Positions 8,306 to 18,210 of a stretch of 64,000 bases of DNA are shown here, in pieces. The DNA lies in assembly GCA_964429815.1 (NCBI GenBank), contig CAYSCM010000001.1:1-64000 (forward strand). Reading direction: 5' to 3'. Under the pieces are notes generated by a model. The model saw only the letters and a list, made by a program, of their open reading frames with translations. It had not been told where the DNA came from and ran no database searches. Made by a program: the position numbers and the translations under genes. Every line of letters begins with the position of its first letter. The stretch's first letter is position 1. The DNA is from an uncultured Candidatus Saccharibacteria bacterium. Its GTDB lineage: Bacteria > Patescibacteriota > Minisyncoccia > Phycocordibacterales > CAYSCM01.

Positions 8306-9650
8306 CCAGGTACTGAAGAGCCGTTTCCTTCCCCGCCTTGTACTCGGAGACGACCCCTGGGTTCGCTCGAATTATATCTGCGGCAATTTGAGAGAGGGCG
8401 CTTGGGTCGCTTGTCTGCAAAAGATTCTTTTCCGCAGCAATACGTGCCGGATCTCCGCCACCTTCTATCATGACCTCAAGAATTTCTTTTGCGCCGCGCG
8501 AAGAAATTTTGCTTTCGTCCAGCAATACTATCAAACCGGCGAATGCTTCCGCTGTCATCGGCAGCATCGTGAGCTCAATCCCCCGCTGTGCAAGATGGCC
8601 GCGTACGTCGGAAAGAAGATAGTTGCTTGCTCGTTGAACCGATTCCTTTTGCACAAGGTGCGATGCCGTACGCTCAAAAAATTCCGCCATCAGCATATCC
8701 GACGTCAAAAGCTGTGCATCACTTTCCTTAATGCCAAAATCGCGCTGATAGCGCGCTTGCTTCTCCCACGGAAGTTCAGCCATGTCTTGCTTGAGAGCTT
8801 CCGGTAAAAATTCCGGTATCTCCGAGCGATACAACTTTGGGAGATCGGGGTCAGGAAAATAGCGATAGTCGTGAGACTCTTCCTTGAGGCGCTGCGAAAA
8901 TGTCTGCTGCTTCCCCTCGTCCCATCCGCGTGTTTCTTGCAAAACTTTTTCACCACGTTCAAGGAGTACGCGTTGCCGATTGATTTCGAATTCGATCGCG
9001 CGCTCAACGGAGCGAAACGAGTTGAGATTTTTTACTTCGACTTTCGTCCCACGTTCATCCCCCTTCCCTACTGAGACGTTTGCTTCGATACGCATCTGGC
9101 CCTTCTCCATATTTGCCTCACCGGCTCCGAGCGTACGCAGCAGGAGCTGCAACTTGCGTGCGAAATCTCCTGCCTCCGCTGCAGTGTGAATTACCGGCTC
9201 CGTAACAAGTTCCATGAGCGGCACACCAGCCCGATTGAAATCGATGAGGCTGTAGTCATCCTTATGTTGAGAACGCGCCGTATCCTCCTCGAGGTGGACG
9301 CGTGTGAGGGATACGTTGTGAAGGTTCCCTCCCTGCACCAGAGGGTACTGATACTGGCTTATTTGATAGCCTTTGGGAATGTCCGGATAGAAGTAATTTT
9401 TGCGATCAAACTCCGTGAAATCAGCAAGCGTACCTCCGACCGCAATGCCGATTTTAAGTACGTGCTTGACTGCCTCTTTATTCACCACGGGAAGAGTGCC
9501 CGGGTGAGCCATACAGACGGGGCAAATGTTCGTATTCGCCTCCTTTTCGTCGGGGTCGTTCTTGCAACGGCAAAACATTTTCGTCGCCGTCTTAAGCTCC
9601 GCGTGAACTTCGAGGCCTATGGTTGGTCGGTATGCGCCCTCCGTTTTCAT
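8226..9650 (-). CDS. gatB: Asp-tRNA(Asn)/Glu-tRNA(Gln) amidotransferase subunit B
   Basis: 474 aa; RPTIGLEVHAEL, CPVCMAHPGTLPVVN, GatB/YqeY C-terminal region. Confidence 0.95.
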   Translation of the reverse strand: MKTEGAYRPTIGLEVHAELKTATKMFCRCKNDPDEKEANTNICPVCMAHPGTLPVVNKEAVKHVLKIGIAVGGTLADFTEFDRKNYFYPDIPKGYQISQYQYPLVQGGNLHNVSLTRVHLEEDTARSQHKDDYSLIDFNRAGVPLMELVTEPVIHTAAEAGDFARKLQLLLRTLGAGEANMEKGQMRIEANVSVGKGDERGTKVEVKNLNSFRSVERAIEFEINRQRVLLERGEKVLQETRGWDEGKQQTFSQRLKEESHDYRYFPDPDLPKLYRSEIPEFLPEALKQDMAELPWEKQARYQRDFGIKESDAQLLTSDMLMAEFFERTASHLVQKESVQRASNYLLSDVRGHLAQRGIELTMLPMTAEAFAGLIVLLDESKISSRGAKEILEVMIEGGGDPARIAAEKNLLQTSDPSALSQIAADIIRANPGVVSEYKAGKETALQYLVGQGMRASKGSANPVLLRDLLARMLT

Positions 9651-9668
9651 GGAGGGAATACTAGCAGA

Positions 9669-10643
9669 TTAGGAAAGCGCACTCAAAAAGGCGACGAGCT
9701 CATCGCGCGCTGTTTTGATGCTCCCGTCATCAAGGACCGATACCGGCATGACAAGGGCCTTGTGCACTGCAAGAAGAGCCCTTATCTCGGCTATCCGAGT
9801 AGAAGATACTGTGTCTGCTTTCGTGAGCACTATCATCTCGGCCTTCTCGGGGAGGGCACTGTCGAACGCGCGAAGTTCTTGTCGTACGGTCTCATACTGG
9901 GAAAGCGGGTCGACGGCATCCGCATTGACGCAGTGGATAAGTGCTTTGGTGCGACGGATATGCCGCAGGAATTTATACCCGAGCCCCTTCCCCTGATGTG
10001 CTCCCTCGATGAGGCCGGGAATATCGGCGAGGACGAACCCGTACATAACGCCGAGGTTCGGCTCGAGCGTCGTGAATGCGTAGCTGCCGACCTTGGCTTT
10101 GGCGTTGGTGAGCGCGTTGAGAAGGCTCGATTTCCCCGCATTAGGAACACCGACAAGTCCGGCGTCAGCGATAAGCTGAAGTTCGACGCGAAACATTCCT
10201 TCTTCGCCGGGCTTTCCTTCGGTCGATTCTGTCGGTGAGCGATTGACGGAACTCTTGAAGTACTCGTTCCCCAGACCTCCACGCCCGCCGGAAAGGACCG
10301 TTTCGACCTGCCCCTCGGTGAGAAGCTCGAAAGCTCCCCCCGTTTCCCTATTGGTGACTATCGAACCGATGGGAAGATCAATGGTGAGAGCATCTCCGTC
10401 GCGACCGTGCTTACTGCCCGAGCGTCCGTTCCCGCCGTTCTCGGCGATGAATTCTTTTTTTCCCGTGTAGCGCGAAAGGGCAGCGAGGTCGCGAATGCCG
10501 TGGATGCGCACATCTCCTCCCCTACCGCCATCGCCTCCGGCAGGACCTGCGAGATCTTTTGTTTTGATATGGAGCCAACGGACGACACCGCTCCCGCCAT
10601 GGCCGGCACGGGCGTAAAAACGTAGCTCGTCGACAAATGCCAT
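9669..10643 (-). CDS. obg: GTPase Obg/CgtA (short form, no C-terminal TGS extension)
   Basis: 324 aa; Obg fold glycine-rich N-domain (GGDGGRGGDV), G motifs GVPNAGKSSLLNALTNAK, DIPGLIEGA, LTKAD. Confidence 0.93.
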   Translation of the reverse strand: MAFVDELRFYARAGHGGSGVVRWLHIKTKDLAGPAGGDGGRGGDVRIHGIRDLAALSRYTGKKEFIAENGGNGRSGSKHGRDGDALTIDLPIGSIVTNRETGGAFELLTEGQVETVLSGGRGGLGNEYFKSSVNRSPTESTEGKPGEEGMFRVELQLIADAGLVGVPNAGKSSLLNALTNAKAKVGSYAFTTLEPNLGVMYGFVLADIPGLIEGAHQGKGLGYKFLRHIRRTKALIHCVNADAVDPLSQYETVRQELRAFDSALPEKAEMIVLTKADTVSSTRIAEIRALLAVHKALVMPVSVLDDGSIKTARDELVAFLSALS

Positions 10644-10682
10644 AGAGGTCAGCCTACGACACAGGAGCCTTTTAGCAAAACG

Positions 10683-11018
10683 CTAGAAGAGACGGTGCGA
10701 GAGCCACACAGCAAGCGAGAGGAGCGCCGAACCGACGAGCGCGGCGATGAAACCCGAGACGTAGAACCCTGGTACGAGACTGGCAATAAGCCAGAAAAGG
10801 ACCGCGTTGAGGATGAAGGAGAACAGTCCGAACGAGATGATGGTGATGGGGAACGTCAGAAGCTCGAGCATGGGCTTTAGAGTGACGCTTATGATGGCCC
10901 ACACGACGGCGACAATGACGGCCGTTTGCCAATCGGAAATGGAAATTCCCAAATTCGCATGCGTGATGGCAAGGAGCGCGGCGGTAATGACAGCGATACG
11001 TAGAAGAATTTTTATCAT
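10683..11018 (-). CDS. Small 4-TM membrane protein, phage-holin-4-like (DUF360/YvlD-type)
   Basis: 111 aa, four hydrophobic segments; the R/H-rich ORF 10672..11049 in another frame is rejected. Confidence 0.55.
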   Translation of the reverse strand: MIKILLRIAVITAALLAITHANLGISISDWQTAVIVAVVWAIISVTLKPMLELLTFPITIISFGLFSFILNAVLFWLIASLVPGFYVSGFIAALVGSALLSLAVWLSHRLF

Positions 11019-11024
11019 ATGACC

Positions 11025-11519
11025 TTATGCGACGCGCGCCCGGGCCCACTCGTGGGACATACCTAGACGCCTCTCCTCCGCCATAACAAGCTCATCGTAG
11101 ATACCGTCAATAAGATTGTATCCTTTGGCTTCACTGAGAGTGACCCACGCATGCTCGTCCATTTCATCCCTCTGGAGCGTGACGTCCCCTCCAGCATAAT
11201 CCGCGAGACAGGAAATCACCAGCGAGGCTTTGGAGTCTGCGTGCACCGTAGCAAGCGACGTGAGGTATTCGATATGCTCGATATCGATGCCCACCTCCTC
11301 TTTCACCTCACGTCGCAAGGTTCGCTCAAGAACGTTGTACCAGTAATGTTCAGTGTCCTTCGGGAGGGCGAGATAGTCATTCGCCTCGAGCTTACCGCCG
11401 GGCACCGTCCACATACCGGGAAATCGTTTTTTATTCGCCGAACGCCGCGCGATGAGGTACTTCCCCTCCCGGACGACGATAGCGGTAATGGCGACCTCAT
11501 GGAGCGTGTTCGCGCTCAT
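11025..11519 (-). CDS. NUDIX hydrolase
   Basis: Nudix box region RREVKEEVGIDIE; start taken at internal Met (cat at 11517-11519) because the longer ORF to 11891 overlaps the upstream permease gene. Confidence 0.75.
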   Translation of the reverse strand: MSANTLHEVAITAIVVREGKYLIARRSANKKRFPGMWTVPGGKLEANDYLALPKDTEHYWYNVLERTLRREVKEEVGIDIEHIEYLTSLATVHADSKASLVISCLADYAGGDVTLQRDEMDEHAWVTLSEAKGYNLIDGIYDELVMAEERRLGMSHEWARARVA

Positions 11520-11536
11520 GGGTCCAGTATACTTCA

Positions 11537-12313
11537 CTATTGCTTGAGCCCTAGTCCTTTTTTGAGAAGGTACCAGGAGAACCCCGTGAGGATGAGGGTC
11601 AAGGTAAGAAGTACCGCAAGCGAGAGGGTGAGCGACACGTCCGCGAACCCGAGAAAGCCGTACCGGAACCCATTGATGAGATAGAAAATCGGGTTGACGT
11701 GGGAGATCGTCTGCCAAAACGCCGGCAGGGAACTCACGGAGTAGAAGATGCCGCCGAGGTAGATGAGCGGGGTGAGAAAAAACGTCGGTACGATATTGAT
11801 GCCGTCGATCGACTTCGCATAGACGCCGTTGACGAGGCCACCGAGGGAAAAGATGAGGCTCGAGAGTATGAAGAAGAGCGCGACGATCCATACGTTCGCG
11901 ACGACGAGGTGCGTGAAGCCAAGCGAAACGAGGAGCACCAGGAATCCCACCAGTATGCCGCGCGCGACGCCGCCGGCGATGTAGCCCGCTATCATAATGG
12001 AGGGGGGCGTCGGGGATACGAGCACTTCATCGATATTGCGGGCGAAGAATTTCGAAGCGAAAAACGTGAACGCAACGTTGTTGTACGCGTTCATGATTAT
12101 CTGCATCATCACGAGTCCCGGCACTACGAAAAGCGTGTAGGAGGTGCCGCCGATGGAGCCAATGCGCGAGCCTAGGAACGCTCCAAAGATGAGAAAATAG
12201 AGAATCGAGGTAATGAGCGCCGGTAGAAAGGTCTGCGGCCAAATACGGAACATTCGCACGACATCCTTGCGCACGATGGTATAAAACGATATCCAAAGAC
12301 CTTTCGCGTCCAT
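11537..12313 (-). CDS. ABC-2 type transporter permease
   Basis: 258 aa, 6 TM segments, ABC-2 family topology; adjacent to the ATPase. Confidence 0.85.
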   Translation of the reverse strand: MDAKGLWISFYTIVRKDVVRMFRIWPQTFLPALITSILYFLIFGAFLGSRIGSIGGTSYTLFVVPGLVMMQIIMNAYNNVAFTFFASKFFARNIDEVLVSPTPPSIMIAGYIAGGVARGILVGFLVLLVSLGFTHLVVANVWIVALFFILSSLIFSLGGLVNGVYAKSIDGINIVPTFFLTPLIYLGGIFYSVSSLPAFWQTISHVNPIFYLINGFRYGFLGFADVSLTLSLAVLLTLTLILTGFSWYLLKKGLGLKQ

Positions 12314-12314
12314 A

Positions 12315-13250
12315 TCAGGCGCCGTTACCCTTTCCCGTTAAGCGCACGAACACCTCCTCGAGACGCCCCGACTTGCTGCGTATCGCCTGTATCGGAAAAC
12401 CGTTCTTGTTGAGGGAGAGTATCGCATCGTTGAGACCGAGCCCCTCCCCTATTTCTATTTCGAGGGTAGTATCATCGACTTTTTTCGCCCGGTACGCAGA
12501 AAGGTCCGCGAGCGCATGTGCGTTCACCGGTTTGACGAGATCGACGAGCACGGACTCTGTCTTGAGCTGACCGAGAATGTCTTTCATGGTGCCGGAGGCG
12601 ATTATCTCTCCCTTGTTTATGATAGCGACGTGCTTGCAGAGCTGCTCTGCTTCCTCGAGATAGTGGGTGGTGAGGAGAATAGTAATGCCGGCGCCAGTGA
12701 GGGTTTTGAGGTAATCCCACATGCCACGGCGCAGCTCCACGTCGACACCGGCCGTCGGCTCATCGAGGATGAGGAACGTCGGCTGATGAATGAGAGCGCG
12801 GGCGATCATGAGACGCCTCTTCATGCCGCCCGAGAGCGCCATAGACTTCTGGTCCTTTTTGTTGTAGATGCCAAGGTCGCGAAGTATCTGCTCCGCGCGC
12901 GGGATGGCGATGGAACGGGGGATGCCGTAGTAGCCTGCCTGGTTCACGACGACATCGATGACTTTTTCGAAGATATTGAAGTTGAGCTCCTGCGGTACGA
13001 CACCGATGTAAGTGCGCGCCTTTTCGTGATTGACGTCGATATCGGTGTCGAAGACCTTGATACTGCCTCCAGATTTCGTGACGAGCCCCGTAACAATGCC
13101 GATGACCGTGGTCTTTCCCGCGCCGTTGGGGCCCAGAAGCGCGAAAAAATCCCCCTGTGGGACGATGAGATCGACGCCCTTAAGCGCGACGGTGCCGCTC
13201 GTGTAGACCTTTTTAAGACCCTTTATTTCAAGCGCATTTTCTTTCGACAT
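12315..13250 (-). CDS. ABC transporter ATP-binding protein
   Basis: Walker A GPNGAGKTT, signature LSGGMKRRL, Walker B ILDEPT; start at internal Met 13250 (MSKENALEIKGL...), upstream extension rejected. Confidence 0.9.
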   Translation of the reverse strand: MSKENALEIKGLKKVYTSGTVALKGVDLIVPQGDFFALLGPNGAGKTTVIGIVTGLVTKSGGSIKVFDTDIDVNHEKARTYIGVVPQELNFNIFEKVIDVVVNQAGYYGIPRSIAIPRAEQILRDLGIYNKKDQKSMALSGGMKRRLMIARALIHQPTFLILDEPTAGVDVELRRGMWDYLKTLTGAGITILLTTHYLEEAEQLCKHVAIINKGEIIASGTMKDILGQLKTESVLVDLVKPVNAHALADLSAYRAKKVDDTTLEIEIGEGLGLNDAILSLNKNGFPIQAIRSKSGRLEEVFVRLTGKGNGA

Positions 13251-13296
13251 GGGAAAAGTCCAGCCATGATACCACATCGCTCTTTGGGGCGCCGTT

Positions 13297-13746
13297 TTAT
13301 CTCTTTCCGGAGCGCTCCGTGTACGCTGCAAGAAGCCACGAGCTTGATTGGATCTTATCCCCGAGGCCGAACGCCATCCGTATCCCGAGTCGCTCACAGA
13401 GCTCCATTTCCGGAGTTGTTTTATCCGTGCGGTCACCGCCATTGCCAAAAATGTCAGGACGAAGTTTCTCGAGCGCCGCGCAGACGGTCATGTCGGCGGG
13501 GTCTGCTGGGTGCTCTGTGATAATGACCTCGTCGACGACACGGAGCGCCTCAAGGATTTTTTTGCGCTCATCTTGCGACATGAAGGGTTTCCCCTTCTTT
13601 TTGCGCAACCAATTGTCGTTATTGAGTATCACGACCAGGCGATCTCCCAACTTTTTTGCCGCCTCAAAGAGCTCCACGTGGCCGATATGCACAGGGTCAA
13701 AACCTCCAGAGACCGCGACGATACTTTTCTTTTTTCTTGCACTCAT
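13297..13746 (-). CDS. Cytidylyltransferase-like nucleotidyltransferase (RfaE domain II / heptose-1-P adenylyltransferase-like)
   Basis: 149 aa; SGGFDPVHIGHVELF (HxGH motif), ...LNNDNWLRKKKGKPFMSQDERKKILEALRVVDEV. Confidence 0.7.
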   Translation of the reverse strand: MSARKKKSIVAVSGGFDPVHIGHVELFEAAKKLGDRLVVILNNDNWLRKKKGKPFMSQDERKKILEALRVVDEVIITEHPADPADMTVCAALEKLRPDIFGNGGDRTDKTTPEMELCERLGIRMAFGLGDKIQSSSWLLAAYTERSGKR

Positions 13747-13928
13747 GGTTACCGTTTAAACTCTTGTACCCTCCCGCACCAGGGGCAATGCCACTTCTTT
13801 TTCCTCAGAGGTGCATCCGCAATTGACCACCATTTGTGACAAAAAGCGCAACGAAAATGCGAGAGTCTTTCCACGCTTCTTTTTCCTTTTTTCTTCACCT
13901 TACTACGACCCTGCGATTGGCCAGGTTA

Positions 13929-14789
13929 CTAATTTACATTCACGGTCGCGTTGCAACTCGCGGCTCCGTTCGGACCTGTAAACGTCGCGCTGTAGAGGGT
14001 GGTCGTCGTCGGGGCGATACCGATAATGCCGCTTGTCGCGACGGCACCGATGCTAGGGAAGATGCTGCCGCTCGTCGTATTCTTCGAGCTCCAGATGAGT
14101 TCGAGCGAGGAGGATGTCGCGCCAGCCTGCGAGGTTTGCGCGAAGCCGATGGCAAGTGAGCAGGTCGGAGAGGAGCTCGTGGCAGAACCGGTCGACGTCA
14201 CCGTGACGGTTCCCGAAGAGGTGACCGGCCCTTGCGCGCGCTCTACGAACGTGCCACCGGAGCTACCCGATGAGCTTACCGAGACGGAGGTACTGGTACC
14301 GCCGGAGCCGGCGCTTGCGCACAAGAAGCCTATTTTCGCACGGGTCAGCGCTCCGAAGTAGCCGGTCCCCGAGAGCCCGTGGGCGCTTTGGTATTTCGCG
14401 AGCGCGGCCTTGGTCGCGACGCCAAAGTAGGTGCTCTCATGCCCAACCGAGCCGACTCCCGTAGTAGCTATCGTCGCCCCGTTTCCATTGAGAAACTGCT
14501 GGAGAGCTTTGACATCGAGGCCGGCCGAGCCGACCTCTAGATCCCTCGCCCATGCATAGGCGCACTGTGCCGTGGCAGATGCGCTGCTCCCCGGAGGGGT
14601 TGCTGGGGAAGTACCGTGAAGCGAGGCATTGACGTTTTGAACCACGGACGCATCGGCTCCGAACGACTGGAGAAGGCCAACAATGGCCTGAATTTGGGAT
14701 TCGGTGAGTCCCGCGGCGAAGGTCGGCGTTGCTACTAAATAAGCTCCAATCGCAAGCCAAACAAGAGCTCGTTTATAGTTTCGTCTCAT
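13929..14789 (-). CDS. Secreted peptidoglycan-binding domain protein with Ser/Thr/Gly-rich region
   Basis: Signal peptide MRRNYKRALVWLAIGAYLVATPTFAAG; PG_binding_1-like DLEVGSAGLDVKALQQFLNGNG...YFGVATKAALAKYQSAHGLSGTGYFG. Confidence 0.7.
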   Translation of the reverse strand: MRRNYKRALVWLAIGAYLVATPTFAAGLTESQIQAIVGLLQSFGADASVVQNVNASLHGTSPATPPGSSASATAQCAYAWARDLEVGSAGLDVKALQQFLNGNGATIATTGVGSVGHESTYFGVATKAALAKYQSAHGLSGTGYFGALTRAKIGFLCASAGSGGTSTSVSVSSSGSSGGTFVERAQGPVTSSGTVTVTSTGSATSSSPTCSLAIGFAQTSQAGATSSSLELIWSSKNTTSGSIFPSIGAVATSGIIGIAPTTTTLYSATFTGPNGAASCNATVNVN

Positions 14790-14793
14790 ACCT

Positions 14794-15288
14794 CTATACT
14801 AGCACTGACTCTTCTGGGCAGGTTATGGCCGGAATGTTATTAAGGTCACCTTCGAGAAGCACCGGTTTCATACTGTAAATTTCTTGCTTGTAGGAAAGAT
14901 TTGAAGAAATTGGATTAAGGATGAATATTCGTTTTTTTAGGAAAAATGCCGCACCTATTTCAATGAGCGTGTTGCCTCCAATGTATCCTGCGACGCCGCG
15001 CTTTTCGTAATTGGCAACGATAATTGCGTCGCTCCAAGCGATTTTTTTGTAATGATCCCAGATCGCATCCTCCTTAATGTTCCAGATGGAGTGTGCCGGG
15101 GGAAAAGCGTCGATGCCTCCGTTTTCTTCTATAAACTTACCGACATAAAATTTTCTGTCATTGCCAAGTTCTGGGACTTCTTTACTAAGAAGTGGAACGA
15201 GCACTTCATGCCGGCGTGCTTCCAGATCGCGCTTCAGCGCCTCCATTTCACCGTAGAATGCGATGCTGCCACAAACTGTAATTTTCAT
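14794..15288 (-). CDS. Hypothetical Rossmann-like protein (nucleoside 2-deoxyribosyltransferase-like fold)
   Basis: Start at internal Met MKITVCGSIAFYG (cat 15286-15288); the upstream part of the ORF looks non-coding and contains a terminator. Confidence 0.45.
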   Translation of the reverse strand: MKITVCGSIAFYGEMEALKRDLEARRHEVLVPLLSKEVPELGNDRKFYVGKFIEENGGIDAFPPAHSIWNIKEDAIWDHYKKIAWSDAIIVANYEKRGVAGYIGGNTLIEIGAAFFLKKRIFILNPISSNLSYKQEIYSMKPVLLEGDLNNIPAITCPEESVLV

Positions 15289-15316
15289 AGACGTATGATA
15301 CACCTCGTGTACTTCA

Positions 15317-15348
15317 GAAAGAAAAAGCCGCTCGATTGTTCGAGCGGC
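15317..15348 (-). terminator. Rho-independent terminator (minus strand): GCCGCTCGA-acaa-TCGAGCGGC followed by TTTTTCTTTC
   Basis: Read from the reverse complement of 15317..15348. Confidence 0.6.
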
Positions 15349-15551
15349 AGCTGCAGCCGATCCTATACTACATTCCGGCCGGCACACCTCGAGGGGTGTG
15401 CGCGGTTTTTGGTCGGTCCAACACTGATCAGGTGTTAGGTTCGGGGGATTCCCGAAGCTTGATCGCCTGGGCGCACCGGTTAGATCGCGGGTGATCAAAT
15501 CCCGAAATCGCCGGCTAATTGTCCGCTTCCCGCCACTGCAGCCGAGACTAT

Positions 15552-18077
15552 TTAAGACCGACCTGTTTGTTTTTGCAAATTTCTCTGGTGCTCTTCAGAG
15601 TTTATGAGCCCGCAATTCTTGTACTTTTTGCCGGAACCACAGGGACAGGGGTCGTTGCGGCCTATTTTTTCCTCACTGCGACGCACCGACGCTGAGCTCC
15701 CTTTTGAACCATCTCCCGCGCCGATAAGCTGTGCCTGCTCGTGCACTTCCTGAAGCTTCACGTTCTCGTGCTTGAATGCGCCGGCACCAATGCCGGGGAG
15801 TAGTTCAACGACAGTATTCTCGACGGCCTGCTGCATTTCCTTGAAAAGCTGCGAGCCTTCTTTACGGTATTCGATGAGGGGGTCGCGCTGGCCGTAGGCA
15901 CGCAAATTCACGCTGCCGCGCAGGTAATCCATCACTTCGAGGTGCTCGACCCAGAGCATGTCGATAGTCTGGAGCATGAGGCGTCGCACCGTCGCGAGAA
16001 AATCCTTTTCGCCAAGCGCGGCCCTCTTCTCATCGATCACCTTATTTTTCTCTTCGTCGCCAAGGATGAACGCGCGAAGCTCCTCTTCGACTTCCGCTTC
16101 AGAACCGAGGAGTATTTTCCTGCGGCGCCCATACACGGCGGTGCGCTGGATATTGAGAACATTGTCATACTCGAGAACGTGTTTGCGCGCGTCGAAATTG
16201 AATCCTTCGATTTTTTTTTGGGCGCTTTCGAGCGAGCGCGTTATGAGACCATTTTGAATAGGCTCATCCTCCGGGATACCAAGCCGACCCATCATTTTTT
16301 TTACCGTCTCGGAGGCGAAAACACGCATCAAGGTGTCTTCCATGGAAACGAAAAACTGCGTCTCGCCGGGATCCCCTTGGCGCCCAGAGCGTCCGCGAAG
16401 CTGGTTGTCGATGCGGCGCGCCTCGTGCCGCTCCGTGCCGAGGACGTAGAGACCGCCGAGGCCCTTCACTTCCTCATACTCTTGTGTGGTCGCCGGGTTA
16501 CCGCCGAGCTTAATGTCGACACCGCGTCCGGCGAGGTTCGTCGCGATGGTCACCCGCCCCCTTTTCCCCGCCTGCGCGATTATTTCCCCTTCTTTCTCGT
16601 GGTTCTTGGCATTGAGGGCCTCGTGCGGGATGCCCTCACGGGTTAGATATGCGCTAAGCACTTCGTTTTTTTCAATGGACGCGGTGCCCACAAGGACCGG
16701 CTGACCCTTTTTGTGAAGCTCCTTTACCTTGCGGGCGGCAGAGGTGAATTTTCCGTGCTCGCTCTGGTAAATGAAGTCGTCGCGATCGATACGCTGACTA
16801 TCGACGTTGGTCGGCACCTCGACCGTCTCAAGCTTGTAGACGGTGTAAAACTCCTCCGCAGAGGTGAGCGCAGTACCTGTCATACCCGAGAGCTTCTCGT
16901 AGAGTTTGAAGTAGTTCTGAAACGTTATGGAGGCGAAGGTTCGTGACTCTTTTTGCACCTTGACCCCCTCCTTGGCCTCGATGGCCTGATGAAGACCCTC
17001 GCTCCAGCGCCGCCCCGGCTGGAGACGCCCCGTGAACTCGTCGACGATGACGACTTCGCCCTCGCGCACGACGTACTCCTTGTCCTTGTGGTAGAGCGCC
17101 TGTGCGCGCACTGCGGTCTCGAGATGGTGCACGTACTTGATGCCCCCTTCCGTGTATATATTCTCGATGCCGAGAAGCTTCTGCGCCTTTTCGATGCCGG
17201 AATCCGTGAGCGTCGCGGCCTTCATCTTCTCGTCCACCGTGTAGTCCTCCTCTGCGGAGAGACGTTTCGCTATCGTCGCGAAGGTCTGATAGAGACTTTC
17301 TGATTCCGTCGTCGGCGCGGAGATGATCAAGGGGGTTCGCGCCTCGTCGATGAGAATGGAGTCGACCTCGTCTATGATAGCGAAGTGGTGCGGACGTTGA
17401 CGGAGATCTTTCTCTTCGTACTCAAGGTTGTCGCGCAAGTAGTCGAAGCCGAACTCGTTGTTCGTGCCGTAGGTTATGTCGGCCGCATAGGCTTCTCGTC
17501 GCGTCGAAGGTCGCAAAAAATCGTAGAAAACTTTAAAGCTCCCGAGCTCATCGCGCTTTTGGTCCACTTCCTTGTGCCCTGGGTCGTACAAGTATGACGC
17601 TTCGTGGTTGATGACACCGACGGAGAGCCCGAGGAGGGCGTAAATCTGCCCCATCCATACGCTGTCACGGCGCGCAAGGTAGTCATTCACCGTGACGATA
17701 TGGACGCCTTTGCCGGTAAGCGCATTGAGGTACGCGGGGAGCGTTGCGACCAGGGTCTTCCCCTCGCCAGTGCGCATCTCGGCGATGGCGTGCGAATGGA
17801 GGACCATGCCGCCGAGAAGCTGTACATCAAAATGGCGAAGTCCCAAAGCGCGCTTTCCCGCCTCGCGGACCGCGGCGAACGCCTCGGGGAGAATGTCATC
17901 GAGCGTCTCGCCCTTGCGAAGACGCTCCCGAAAAAGCCCGCTCTTTCCGCTCAACTCTTCGTCGGTGAGCTTTTGGAGCGTAGGCTCAAGGGCGTTTATG
18001 CGCGCAACGGCCGGCTCGAAGCGCCCGAGCGTGCGCGCACTCTTGCCCTTGCCGAAAACGGAACCGAGAGAAAACAT
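15552..18077 (-). CDS. secA: Preprotein translocase ATPase SecA
   Basis: 841 aa; DEAD-like motor motifs, C-terminal zinc-binding CPCGSGKKYKNCG. Confidence 0.96.
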   Translation of the reverse strand: MFSLGSVFGKGKSARTLGRFEPAVARINALEPTLQKLTDEELSGKSGLFRERLRKGETLDDILPEAFAAVREAGKRALGLRHFDVQLLGGMVLHSHAIAEMRTGEGKTLVATLPAYLNALTGKGVHIVTVNDYLARRDSVWMGQIYALLGLSVGVINHEASYLYDPGHKEVDQKRDELGSFKVFYDFLRPSTRREAYAADITYGTNNEFGFDYLRDNLEYEEKDLRQRPHHFAIIDEVDSILIDEARTPLIISAPTTESESLYQTFATIAKRLSAEEDYTVDEKMKAATLTDSGIEKAQKLLGIENIYTEGGIKYVHHLETAVRAQALYHKDKEYVVREGEVVIVDEFTGRLQPGRRWSEGLHQAIEAKEGVKVQKESRTFASITFQNYFKLYEKLSGMTGTALTSAEEFYTVYKLETVEVPTNVDSQRIDRDDFIYQSEHGKFTSAARKVKELHKKGQPVLVGTASIEKNEVLSAYLTREGIPHEALNAKNHEKEGEIIAQAGKRGRVTIATNLAGRGVDIKLGGNPATTQEYEEVKGLGGLYVLGTERHEARRIDNQLRGRSGRQGDPGETQFFVSMEDTLMRVFASETVKKMMGRLGIPEDEPIQNGLITRSLESAQKKIEGFNFDARKHVLEYDNVLNIQRTAVYGRRRKILLGSEAEVEEELRAFILGDEEKNKVIDEKRAALGEKDFLATVRRLMLQTIDMLWVEHLEVMDYLRGSVNLRAYGQRDPLIEYRKEGSQLFKEMQQAVENTVVELLPGIGAGAFKHENVKLQEVHEQAQLIGAGDGSKGSSASVRRSEEKIGRNDPCPCGSGKKYKNCGLINSEEHQRNLQKQTGRS

Positions 18078-18159
18078 AGGAGGATACTAGCCTAAAACCG
18101 CCGCGCCTGCTAGACGCGGCGGTTCGGCCGACCCAGGGTTTAGGCGTAAATCAAACCCC

Positions 18160-18197
18160 GACACCAGAAACACAAAACGCCCTCCGGGCGTTTTGTG
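18160..18197 (-). terminator. Rho-independent terminator (hairpin ACAAAACGCCC-ggag-GGGCGTTTTGT, then T-rich on minus strand)
   Basis: Perfect 11-bp stem seen directly; sits immediately 3' of the micro-ORF 18211..18303. Confidence 0.55.
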
Positions 18198-18210
18198 TAG
18201 AGACATGGAG

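Noticed and set aside
9186-10238. 350-aa plus-strand ORF
   Set aside because: Antisense to the strongly supported obg and gatB genes; low-complexity basic composition.
10683-11018. Holin-like gene as an indicator of a prophage
   Set aside because: No integrase, capsid, terminase or other phage genes nearby. The holin-4 fold is widespread as a chromosomal membrane protein.
11520-11891. N-terminal extension of the NUDIX ORF (ORF track 11025..11891)
   Set aside because: It would overlap the ABC-2 permease gene by about 350 nt; an internal Met at 11519 gives a normal-size Nudix protein.
13251-13448. N-terminal extension of the ABC ATPase ORF
   Set aside because: The extension is Arg/Ser-rich and overlaps the cytidylyltransferase gene; the conserved ATPase begins at the Met at 13250.
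12516-13520. 334-aa plus-strand ORF
   Set aside because: Antisense to the ABC ATPase, which has canonical Walker/signature motifs.
15361-15480. Possible tRNA in the secA downstream region
   Set aside because: No T-loop (GTTCRANYC) or acceptor-stem pairing could be found; kept only as a candidate structured 3' region.
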